This document shows positions 11,301 to 19,395 of a DNA stretch of 56,778 nucleotides, piece by piece. Source of the DNA: an uncultured virus (IMG/VR IMGVR_UViG_3300027976_000010) (lineage: Duplodnaviria > Heunggongvirae > Uroviricota > Caudoviricetes); IMG/VR virus record IMGVR_UViG_3300027976_000010; one strand, 5' to 3'. Both the position numbers and the translations under genes were made by a program. Numbering within the stretch: the first letter of the stretch is position 1; every line of letters starts with the position of its first letter. The notes under the pieces were generated by a model. That model worked only from the letters and a program-made list of their open reading frames with translations. It searched no databases and was not told where the DNA came from.

Positions 11301-13553
11301 TGGGCTATTACCACTGGTGCTAATGAAAATCATATAAAATTCAAGTAATGCGCTTATTCTCTCTGTCGCTGGCGCCATACTGCGCCATTGCGTTTTCAAT
11401 CTGTCTATCGCCTGTCGCATTATTGAGCCATCAGCGGCATCGTCTAGATTAATCGGCCGTTGTCCCCTGACCCAATCCGACCACTTCGTGTCGTCAATGC
11501 CCATCAGAGTTTGCACTTTGCGAGCGAAATCAGCGAGATGTTCCATTTCGTGGGCGGCCGTATAGTGCAAAAGATCCGAATTGTTATTTGGCCGTCCGCT
11601 CGCCAAATAATGTTCGCCCGCGGTTAGTCGCCAGCGATTAAGGGCAGCGTCCGTAAGCGCGTTTGGGTTAATAACAATCTGACCGGCCATTGGCGCGTCA
11701 GCACGTGCCATAATCTTCTTACGCTGATCGGGATCTTGCCAAAGTTTGCTTGCCCCAATATCCACTTCGTCGTCGGTGGCGCCCGCCCCAAGTCGGCCTC
11801 TCGCATCGGCCTGAAAGGCCGGCCAAATCGCGGCAAGGTCATCGGCGGTTAGGAATGGGCTTGCGTCGCGCTGGGACCATCGTGTCTGTATCCCCAATTG
11901 GTTGAGCATATTTTCGGCGTTGCCCCGTCGCTCTACGGGCTTCATCCCGCGCACTTGCGCTCTTAGCATCTCCGTATCGGACCATCCTCCTCCGAGTACG
12001 TCGCCAATAGAAACGCCCGTGAGCATCATTGCTGGGATGGAGCCATTTTCTCCCGCTGTCCTTTCTATTGCGACAGAAAAGCCATCGAGAATGGTGCCGA
12101 TATTAGATATAATTTGATCGTATTCCCTTAACGAAAAAGGGTGATCGCCAGATTGTAGCGACATTGAATTTCTTAATTTTTCACGAAGCTGTTTTGCAAT
12201 TTTTGGGTCAGAGGCATTATTCGTACTCCATTTTGCTATATCCGGGTCCCATCCCTCAATCAAGTCCTGTTGATTCATGAACCGGTACGTTCCGGTGCGC
12301 GGATCAAAAAGCTCAACCTCTCCGTATACGTCCGTTTTCGTATTTAAAATTGATACCGGTGCATGCATTAAATTTGGATTTCCGCCGTGTCTTCCTAGAG
12401 TCTCATGATATAAGGCGATACTCGCATCAAACGGTCTTCCGTCTGGGTTCGATTTCAACCATTCCTTCTTTCGGTCCGTAACGCGGCTTACGGGCCGCAC
12501 GAGACGGGCGGCGTAGTCAAACATACGTTGTCTCATGGTCGCACGGGGTAATATTCGGACTGCCCGCGCGTCGCCGTCATCGGCGCCCATTGACCCAGAT
12601 ACCTCTTCTCCCGTGCGGCTAACGCGTAATGGTCTAACTCTGTTACCCGTTCTCCCTAATATTTCGCGCATTGTTTCTACGGCTTGCTTGGGTGTTTTGG
12701 GTGATTTCGGACCCGGCGCATTGGGTTTCGGCGCATTCAAATTTGGAATGGCCGCAGCAATATTATCTAGGGGGCCGTCGCCGCCGCCGGGGATATCGCA
12801 TCCGAGACCAAAAATATTTGTAAACCTATTCGCGGCCGGGCTTCCTGGGCCGCAACGGAGTTTATTCAAACCATCGCGCCAAATTCCAAAACCGGTCTGC
12901 AAATTTCGCCTAGCCAGATCAAAGTCGAGAAGGTTTCTTCTGCCCATACCTAATCCCGCCCCTAAAATCCCTTTTTCCGATAACCCCTGTCTCGGTTCGG
13001 CGACGCGAACGTACCTCTCATCGGGAAGCCACATTCGGTTGAGTACTTCGTCAACGGTTGGATTACGGAAACTCTCTAATGGCGAACCCCCGCCCGAGTG
13101 TTGACACAAATTGAGCGACATGCCTGGCGGGGACAGCGGAAGCGAGTCCCCTGGTTTCCATTTTGAAGCCCATGCCTCAAAGGTGGTTGTTGGGATATAT
13201 TTATACTCCTCTTCCGGCTTTGTTTTTGGCTTTTGTCGCTTGGGAGACTGGGAGACGGATTTGGTTTTCCACCAATCATCTAGACTTTTCCCGGCCATAT
13301 CCACAATTCTTTTATTGGCCCAGTCCATATTTGAATTATCAACGATACTCGCTGTTGATGTGCGTAATATGTCGGTATCAAATGCGGTTAAATCACTCAA
13401 TTCGCCAGTTATTCCGTTTTGTAAAAATCTTGACCCATCCGGCATTTGGTAGATGGTTTTAGAGTCGCTAGATGCAATAATCTTGGCGTTTAGGGGAATT
13501 GAGGATCGTGGGAAGCCCATTTTATATAGCAGCTTTCTGGTTAATGGCATCAC
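8307..13553 (-). CDS. Giant polyvalent-type protein, 1748 aa, with two zincin-like (HExxH) metallopeptidase domains
   Basis: AAHEMEHLAD (11538-11552) with downstream TEMVAE, and ATHEFGHVLD (9411-9425) with downstream SEAYAE. Also carries the Cys motif, the ARDGDGDG motif and two GSM motifs. Confidence 0.88.
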   Translation of the reverse strand: MMPLTRKLLYKMGFPRSSIPLNAKIIASSDSKTIYQMPDGSRFLQNGITGELSDLTAFDTDILRTSTASIVDNSNMDWANKRIVDMAGKSLDDWWKTKSVSQSPKRQKPKTKPEEEYKYIPTTTFEAWASKWKPGDSLPLSPPGMSLNLCQHSGGGSPLESFRNPTVDEVLNRMWLPDERYVRVAEPRQGLSEKGILGAGLGMGRRNLLDFDLARRNLQTGFGIWRDGLNKLRCGPGSPAANRFTNIFGLGCDIPGGGDGPLDNIAAAIPNLNAPKPNAPGPKSPKTPKQAVETMREILGRTGNRVRPLRVSRTGEEVSGSMGADDGDARAVRILPRATMRQRMFDYAARLVRPVSRVTDRKKEWLKSNPDGRPFDASIALYHETLGRHGGNPNLMHAPVSILNTKTDVYGEVELFDPRTGTYRFMNQQDLIEGWDPDIAKWSTNNASDPKIAKQLREKLRNSMSLQSGDHPFSLREYDQIISNIGTILDGFSVAIERTAGENGSIPAMMLTGVSIGDVLGGGWSDTEMLRAQVRGMKPVERRGNAENMLNQLGIQTRWSQRDASPFLTADDLAAIWPAFQADARGRLGAGATDDEVDIGASKLWQDPDQRKKIMARADAPMAGQIVINPNALTDAALNRWRLTAGEHYLASGRPNNNSDLLHYTAAHEMEHLADFARKVQTLMGIDDTKWSDWVRGQRPINLDDAADGSIMRQAIDRLKTQWRSMAPATERISALLEFYMIFISTSGNSPRSAEQIMRDSGATKKQIAEMFERVNDAMERIGIIGEHDWWKKIYADAMPGDINSPNKSTGTQNASGHLVSEDDIGIMMDFLGSIYGQSNTTEMVAELGALLFQGGNGMKLIRDFVNGPENTDGISMAEFLDVIEAIFGKARMPSLDEGLSTGGLTYKSALPTTRQTKIQTAGGSTPYNYTNAKVLYFTKVTDIVSSKVLGRGLTGNRMRSGIVYDPNARDGDGDGIRQDRTRWERPVGPRAPELVHIGALNENRKNRRRRGASKIRGRRVNTTPSFASVASRRNYDSAPTGSMALGPGNPLARSTDNDWLVDLDAYKSLMLRIEDNIDQKFNGRPRTIGDVLDKLATAKDGLGKRNINLDLVPAYWLIPAMSAMKSALGGRYSGNDTVVSPTELGAYYSLMHHLDQYPEAFQDISLIFSPSSMPDAPSFDGPVGATSVRPTYETAAMSDGSNFRPEFHRMLPGLREGLPYPDMENSPVVSESGAGDLTKWESTIQPRLRRGVKTVIVQIPSTTSGHGKYPSFQNMKDGNSFEIQLDQIGDRNIGVFIDEMYRLLENNSEGGQLIDNVGSVVLTQLIKDAADKFDNAMRSAESNPSMRGQIVSAATARADADLDEIAQAASFLIATHEFGHVLDSVGNWRRSPLAANQHSSRGLNTVGEFRRTITELSAIEDGLDSPLAKPLYNSLASTFVFEHVNDALASHSAFKEMTGILQQMRQQLDEFGSVLSLFDSMATDARNNGADTSAMFENSGLASIMGQTPMDLLAIFNLSVSSQESALDQMRLMDRVMRSQYDVAAERLRELYEKVTALVPVYHWINKQSFDVNNIGRQMTDIRTTNPNAIAEFMQNFGNDVYGKSAWFDDDGQFNERKYIISALNKMADPDNYHRMLSRVNDGLIMQGNNGWKNLGDDDIEALVKLIPYLSTYAGPAFYPDQIANPENYPGSNSEAYAEMHLAQVLAATGTLDHFDEIERARIEKIYKRMIDWARNLIEDGMVDSGN

Positions 13554-13572
13554 TGCATCTCTGCGTGATCCA

Positions 13573-13578
13573 ATTATA
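13573..13578 (-). promoter_or_regulatory. Candidate -10 hexamer (TATAAT) upstream of the 1748-aa gene
   Basis: Perfect TATAAT on the minus strand in the 13554-13648 gap, about 20 nt before the start codon; no clear -35. Confidence 0.35.
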
Positions 13579-13648
13579 GACCCGATAACAAATTAGCATA
13601 GGAATACCGTATGACAATTGGAACAGGGTGCCGATGGGTATTATTCGG

Positions 13649-16600
13649 TTATTGTTCATTGTTTTTCTTGTCCCTCTGATACCGTTCGTCAAAGTAGCGT
13701 CGGCGGCGTTCCTTTATTGCCTCAGGGCTAATAAATCTGCGCGATTTTGGGGAAAACCGCTTTCTCCGAGATGTTAGAAATTTGGCCAGAGCTTCCAGAT
13801 CAAGTGTCCCATCAGATCTTAGCATCTTTCCTATTTCGTCCATCAATGCGGTCCGCTCATTTTCGTCAATCCGCCAATTCCTGGACTCCCTAATTCCCCC
13901 ATAGTTTTTAGGAATCAAGAAGCCGCGGCGGGTACTGCGCATCCCGCCGTCCTTATTGAGCCCAATCATTTGCGCGAGTGCGATATTGGTGTTTCTGACA
14001 AGATTTATCGCAGCTGGCGAATCCGCATCCCCAGCAACTTGGTCGGAGTTGCGGGCCATTGCCCCAATCATTTCATAGACGGTCTGCATCAAAATGCTTG
14101 GCGAACGGCCCAATGCATTGGCTGCGGTTGGCGTCAGGGTGTCATTGAGCATTATCAAAAAATCAAAATTTCCGTTACGCTCATCTTTATCCATCGGGCC
14201 GATAATTTGATTGAGATTTTCAGCCAATCGGCCGTTTTTAATCCCGATTTGGCTAAGCGTTATTGGGTTGGCCCCTGCATTATATTGATCTGGGAAGTCA
14301 GGCTGATCGTCACCATATAGGGTTACCCTGCCATCGGCCAAAATTGTCTCATAGTCATTTAGGTCGCTAGTGTCCCATTCCCTGGAGTGGGGCCTGGTGG
14401 GCCTTGTTGTATGCGGTAAGCGAACATCGACATAGTCGCCTGCCTGGTCGGAGTCTGTATATGACAACATTCTAGAACGTGCGCTGGGGGCATCGTCATC
14501 GTCGCCGAATCGATTTGAGTATTTAAAAGTCGGTTCGTCGGATTTGAAAAATTGTGCTCGGTTTTCCAGAAACATGCCCAGATCTAATTCGGAGTCTCCG
14601 GTGGCATTATCGACACCAAGCGGAGAATTCTCTTCGCCCGTATTTAATATGGCCCCGATCATGTCGTATAGGGAATCTCTTTCGGAATCAGAAATGCGCC
14701 AAGCACGGGGTTTCATTTCTCCATCTGCGTGTTTTGTATTTACAATCCATCCGTCTGGTGTCGCAGTGGCAAAATTACCCAGTTGCCCAAATTTAATTAC
14801 ATCTTTGTTCAATTTTTCCGGAGCGACATATTCCCTAAATGGCCAATCCCTGCCTTGCATTTCCGCAAGATTTATTTCGGCATTTATTTGTGCGTCAATC
14901 CCCCATCGTTGATTAATCGACTGGCCGGCGTTGCGCATGTCTTCCCAAACCACATCGTTATTATCATTTTCGTCAGGCCGCGCAAGCGCAGAGAGATATT
15001 TGAGTGCTTCGGCCATTACAAATTTAACCTTGTCATGGCGCCGTTGGGTTTCGTTAATCAGTTTGTTTTCATTCCACTGTTCGTCATCCTGGGGTAGCCA
15101 TTCATTCGGGCTAGTTCTAATATGCGGCCCAGCTTCTCTTAGCACCTCAAAATCTCGTGCGGTTATTTCCGGCAATGAGTCAGACAGCATCAGCCAATAG
15201 TCAAACCAATCGCGGGTCTCTAATTCGTCCATCGGCCATCGGGTCGACGGGATAGGCCTGCGGCCACTCAGCAGTGCGTCCCCGCGGGAAACATTATCTA
15301 ACCAAGTATCAACCGGATTGGCATGATTGTTGAAATTGCCGTTATTCCGCAGAGCTGCAATTTTGTCCCTATTAGCAAATCGCCCAGGCGGTAAAGTAAT
15401 TTTACTTAGTTCCATTCGTTTCGGAGTCGAGCCGCCTAGCGGGCCGATTATCGGCGATTGCTTGCTCGCTCGATTTTTGAAAAATGCCTTAACGCCTGAT
15501 CCGTCTAGCCATTGCGCTGGATCGGCTAATTTGTTTTTCTGTCTATCTTTAGTTATTGCGCGGCCGAGGTCCGCCAGCGCCTGTTCCCTTTCGTCCCTAA
15601 ACCAAAACCACAGCTTCCTGGCGTCATCATGGCGTGTAACTAACCAGCCGTTCGGGGTAGATTCAACTTTCTTAATAAACGGGTTTGCAATATCTCCAGC
15701 AAGAATAGGGAAATCGGCTCCGTCTATATTATTTTCCGCCATCATCTTTCTTCCTGCGCGTCGCAGATTTGCAACTGTATTCATTTCGGAATCGTCGCGT
15801 CCCATCTGGCCCATCAATAGTTTTGCCAAAGCCATCCGCGGGAAAGAATTCTGGAAAAATAAACCATCATTTATTTGCTCCCCATTGTTGGCGTTTTCCA
15901 GCACCCACGATTGCGTGTCATTTAGCATGATCGCAAAATCAAACCAATCGCGCGCTTCGGCGGCGCCGATTATGTTTTCCCCAGCATAGGGATTTATCAC
16001 TAGGTCGCTGGGTCGCCGACCGGTGGTCGGGTTGTCACCCATGGATGTGGTCCGTTGTAAAAAATACTCATGGAGTGGATTGGCAATTAATGAGTCGCTT
16101 TTCATGCGTTTGCGCAGTCCGGCCATACCGCCAACAAATCCGGATGCCAACTGCTCGGAAAAATCGCCTCTCCAATTGCTGTCGGTGTTTTTTTTATTGC
16201 CGGCCATCGACCCAGAAACCGTTCCGTCGCCATATTCATATTTCCGTTTTTTGAGCGGCGTGCTATCCCCTGGGGGCCCCGGGTTATCCCAGTACTCGCG
16301 TCTACCAAATCTGATTCCGCCCTCGCTTAACGAAGCCTGCAATAACAAGAGCGAGTTAAATTCCTTATCTAGACCTAGTATTTGAGCAGAGCGAGTCATT
16401 TTCCAAAATCGTGTTGGGTATGCGAGCCATGGGTCCTGTCCTGTATCCCAATCAATATCGGCGATGTAGTCATCTGTGTCAATATCCCAACCAAGGGCTA
16501 GTGCTTGGATATGAATTGCCTCAGCCACATTGTTCAGAAATCGTTTATTTCTTTTCAGCCTAGAAAGCGGTTTGCCGGCGATATTATATTTATTTCCATA

Positions 16601-17422
16601 CCCTCCACTGCCCCTGTCAATCGGAAATGCCCACCAGTCGTAGTGTGCATTGTGGATTGTGTCCCATCGTGATTTGGCGACTAAATCCCGGTGTCTAGCC
16701 AGCGTTAAGGCCTGTTGCGTGATTACATATCTATCCCCAGCGTATTTCGTTTTATTATGGTAATCGTCAAATTTCTTGGGACCCGATGAGGGCTTCGCTA
16801 CGCTCGTTCCCGGATACGTTCTGCCGAGTATGTCACTTTGGGGCTTATAAAATGGCAGTGCCGCTAGGTCTGATTCGTCTATGTCAAAATCATTCGGATC
16901 GATCGTGTCATCCAGGCCGGAATTTCTTAAATATTCCCGCCAGGCGCTAGCGTAATCAACGGAATCATCCCAAGGTTCATCCTCAAAAATCTCTGGCACC
17001 CCAGAACGCCGTACGATGAAATCGTCTTCTGGGAACAAACTATCCTGTTCGTAATCCAATAGCGATAGCGGGGTATCCTCGTCAATATCCGCAGAGTCAA
17101 ATTCTGGATCAGTAACATCGCTGTCGCCGATTAGATCGTTGACAAACTTGCGAGCCTTGCGGCGCTTAGAGCGCTTGCTACCAGCCATTGAGCCAGTCGG
17201 GGTCGGATCGATAACCCCGCGACCCCTATTAATTGTCGGGATTCCCTCTAGGACGAATAGATCATTATCTGCATTCCGCGCCGTGGCGGGGTTCATGTCC
17301 CTCTGGGGGCCGCCGATTGGCGAACCGATGCCCTTTTGCGAAGTCAGAAAATTTGATTTACGGTGTGTTCGTCGGTTTTGACGAACGTCGTTATGGGATT
17401 TTGTGTTTTCGGCGTCGGCCAT
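13649..17422 (-). CDS. Giant multidomain protein, 1257 aa; ARNADND module, OGFr_N/DUF1810-like domain, three internal repeats
   Basis: Long ORF. HYDWWAFPI...YPTRFWKMTRSAQILG; three copies of a (W/N)FD(F/Y)xxMLxD...TxxG(W/F)xx...Wx5ER...FxxxR unit; two GSM motifs. Confidence 0.88.
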   Translation of the reverse strand: MADAENTKSHNDVRQNRRTHRKSNFLTSQKGIGSPIGGPQRDMNPATARNADNDLFVLEGIPTINRGRGVIDPTPTGSMAGSKRSKRRKARKFVNDLIGDSDVTDPEFDSADIDEDTPLSLLDYEQDSLFPEDDFIVRRSGVPEIFEDEPWDDSVDYASAWREYLRNSGLDDTIDPNDFDIDESDLAALPFYKPQSDILGRTYPGTSVAKPSSGPKKFDDYHNKTKYAGDRYVITQQALTLARHRDLVAKSRWDTIHNAHYDWWAFPIDRGSGGYGNKYNIAGKPLSRLKRNKRFLNNVAEAIHIQALALGWDIDTDDYIADIDWDTGQDPWLAYPTRFWKMTRSAQILGLDKEFNSLLLLQASLSEGGIRFGRREYWDNPGPPGDSTPLKKRKYEYGDGTVSGSMAGNKKNTDSNWRGDFSEQLASGFVGGMAGLRKRMKSDSLIANPLHEYFLQRTTSMGDNPTTGRRPSDLVINPYAGENIIGAAEARDWFDFAIMLNDTQSWVLENANNGEQINDGLFFQNSFPRMALAKLLMGQMGRDDSEMNTVANLRRAGRKMMAENNIDGADFPILAGDIANPFIKKVESTPNGWLVTRHDDARKLWFWFRDEREQALADLGRAITKDRQKNKLADPAQWLDGSGVKAFFKNRASKQSPIIGPLGGSTPKRMELSKITLPPGRFANRDKIAALRNNGNFNNHANPVDTWLDNVSRGDALLSGRRPIPSTRWPMDELETRDWFDYWLMLSDSLPEITARDFEVLREAGPHIRTSPNEWLPQDDEQWNENKLINETQRRHDKVKFVMAEALKYLSALARPDENDNNDVVWEDMRNAGQSINQRWGIDAQINAEINLAEMQGRDWPFREYVAPEKLNKDVIKFGQLGNFATATPDGWIVNTKHADGEMKPRAWRISDSERDSLYDMIGAILNTGEENSPLGVDNATGDSELDLGMFLENRAQFFKSDEPTFKYSNRFGDDDDAPSARSRMLSYTDSDQAGDYVDVRLPHTTRPTRPHSREWDTSDLNDYETILADGRVTLYGDDQPDFPDQYNAGANPITLSQIGIKNGRLAENLNQIIGPMDKDERNGNFDFLIMLNDTLTPTAANALGRSPSILMQTVYEMIGAMARNSDQVAGDADSPAAINLVRNTNIALAQMIGLNKDGGMRSTRRGFLIPKNYGGIRESRNWRIDENERTALMDEIGKMLRSDGTLDLEALAKFLTSRRKRFSPKSRRFISPEAIKERRRRYFDERYQRDKKNNEQ
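17205..17298. repeat. Dispersed direct repeat, copy 1 (partner at 26267-26360)
   Basis: 17205-17250 is identical over 46 bp to 26267-26312 (ggatcgataaccccgcgacccctattaattgtcgggattccctcta). Ungapped similarity continues to 17298/26360 at a constant offset of 9062. Confidence 0.95.
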
Positions 17423-17436
17423 GCCGCACCGCCGAT

Positions 17437-19260
17437 CTATTCTGACTCGTTGTAAATACTTGAAGAATTATCGGCTTCCTGGGCGAGCATTTCAAATTCA
17501 AGAAGCGTTGATAGGAAGTTGTCTTCTCCTGATTTCCCCGAAGAGGCAAACTTCTTTTTTGTTTCTTCGTCAATCCAGTTCTCGGGAATTAAATTCTCGA
17601 GCTTGAGGGACATGGCGCGCTCCATGATGTGCAGTTTCGCAACGTCTGCGTTCTTGGCGCGACCATGGGCCGTAATTGCATTACGGAGATCGGTTTCATC
17701 AACAATTGGGAAAGAGCCATCCGGAAGTGCATTCCCCTTGGATGCGTGTCCTGCGCGTTGCTCGTCTGAATAGGCACGCTTAAGGGCTATCTCTGCGGCT
17801 TCGGCCTCAATAGACGAAGCCTCTTCTTGGGTGTACTCATCATAGCCAAGCACATCGCCGTCAAGAGACACGAACACATCGTATGATTTTCCATCAATGC
17901 CCTCTATCTCAACGGCGTACGCATCAAAGCCCTCAAAGATATCGGCCTCAACCGCCATGACATCACCCTGAATGCTCTTGGTTGCAATAGACGCCGCTTC
18001 CGAAAAACTAATCAATTCGGTTGGCTGGAATCCGGATTTGACTTCAAGAACTTCCTGATTTAGCATATGCCAACCAAGAACCTCGCCCGTTGAGCCGTCA
18101 AAGAAGGCCTCAATTGGTTTCCCGTCCTTGCGCTCAACATCAACAACAAAGATATCCGCGATGTCCGAGTATCCGGAATCAAGAACCTTGCCGCTGAACA
18201 TGTCTTCGGCGCGACCTTCAATCTCCAAAAGCGCAGGCATTGATCCTTCTTTTACGCAACCGCCTGGGCAACCTTCACAAACACCAGCGCCGCTTGAGTA
18301 GACCTTGCGCTCCAGTGAACACACGAAGGCATCGGCACCAAACTCTCCCGATTTGTATCCCATTGATCGGAGTCTTCTTTGCTCCATTATTTGTCTGCCA
18401 GGGACTTCGTCGTCGGTTTCGTCAACCAGTGCGTCATCTTCTGCTTCCGGCGCAACTGGAGCGGCCGGCTTCTTTCTTCTTGGCGCCGAACGCATCGCAA
18501 GAATTTCATCCATTTGCGGTTCCTCTTCAGCCGGTATGCGGCTGGTCTCGTAGGCCTCGTCTGCCACGTCGCCAGTTATGTCGGCGGTGTCTGTTGCCGG
18601 ATCCGGCAACGCCACATCGGCGATTTCAGCAACACCTTCGGTCTCAGCAACACCTTCGGCTTCGGCCGCATCTTCGGCTTCGGCCGCATCTTCGGCTTCG
18701 GTGGCCAGATCTCTTAGCTTTTGCTTCTTCTTCTCTTCTTCGGCAAGAAGAGCTTCGTCCTCTTCGGTAAGAGTATCTCCGTATGCGCGCACTGCCGCCT
18801 TTTCCTCAAGGGCAATGCGTGAGCCGCGCTTACGCGTAGGAGTTTGTGTTGCGTTATCTGGCGTATTTTTCATAATTTCATCATCCTCGGCTATTTCAAG
18901 CGCTTCATCTTCCTCAACTACGTCTACTTTCACTGACACCGCAACAGCACCACATTTTCCACAAGCTAACTGACCCTTAACGTAACCACACTCACTTACG
19001 TCTAATCCTTTTGCACATTCAATTAAGTCACCGTCTGCACCGATTTTTACGACTGACTTTTCGTCCGTTGCCATTGTTTGCTCCTTGAACTGCATGGTTG
19101 TTGAAAGACAACCTTTCGGATTGGAGCAACCGCCGCAGGGAAACTGTTTTTTCTCTCCAGTTACCATGCAGTTGTATTTCGCTTTACCTCCGTTTTGTTG
19201 TGCAGGTTTAGCATAACCCATAACAGCGCCTTTTGGGGTGTGATCGCTATCGCTGGTCAT
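17437..19260 (-). CDS. Head-module protein, 607 aa: three Cys clusters, acidic linker, two PepSY-like domains and a DUF6582-like C-terminal domain
   Basis: Three CxxC-containing clusters. ISFSEAASIATKSIQGDVMAVE...YAVEIEGIDGKSYDVFVSLDGDVL and a preceding similar unit ending FFDGSTGEVL are PepSY-like. ALPDGSFPI...DLRNAITAHGRA...IPENW is DUF6582-like. Confidence 0.85.
   Translation of the reverse strand: MTSDSDHTPKGAVMGYAKPAQQNGGKAKYNCMVTGEKKQFPCGGCSNPKGCLSTTMQFKEQTMATDEKSVVKIGADGDLIECAKGLDVSECGYVKGQLACGKCGAVAVSVKVDVVEEDEALEIAEDDEIMKNTPDNATQTPTRKRGSRIALEEKAAVRAYGDTLTEEDEALLAEEEKKKQKLRDLATEAEDAAEAEDAAEAEGVAETEGVAEIADVALPDPATDTADITGDVADEAYETSRIPAEEEPQMDEILAMRSAPRRKKPAAPVAPEAEDDALVDETDDEVPGRQIMEQRRLRSMGYKSGEFGADAFVCSLERKVYSSGAGVCEGCPGGCVKEGSMPALLEIEGRAEDMFSGKVLDSGYSDIADIFVVDVERKDGKPIEAFFDGSTGEVLGWHMLNQEVLEVKSGFQPTELISFSEAASIATKSIQGDVMAVEADIFEGFDAYAVEIEGIDGKSYDVFVSLDGDVLGYDEYTQEEASSIEAEAAEIALKRAYSDEQRAGHASKGNALPDGSFPIVDETDLRNAITAHGRAKNADVAKLHIMERAMSLKLENLIPENWIDEETKKKFASSGKSGEDNFLSTLLEFEMLAQEADNSSSIYNESE
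18626..18700. repeat. Imperfect 18-bp tandem repeat (about four units) encoding AEDAAE/AEGVAE
   Basis: cagcaacaccttcgg twice, then cggccgcatcttcggctt twice; in-frame low-complexity acidic linker. Confidence 0.8.
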
Positions 19261-19395
19261 TTTTGTGTATCTATTTACTGCTATTACTTGAACTCTGTAA
19301 TTGTTGTGAAAATTTTATGCATTTATCAATCAAGTTTATCTCTTTTCTCACTGCCGCGGCAGCGGATGGCATTATTGGACCACGGGATAGGGCTG

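Noticed and set aside
18238..18252. EGSMP in the 607-aa protein as another GSM site
   Set aside because: It lacks the [PVI][ST] prefix, has Pro after Met and sits against a Cys cluster, so it is probably incidental.
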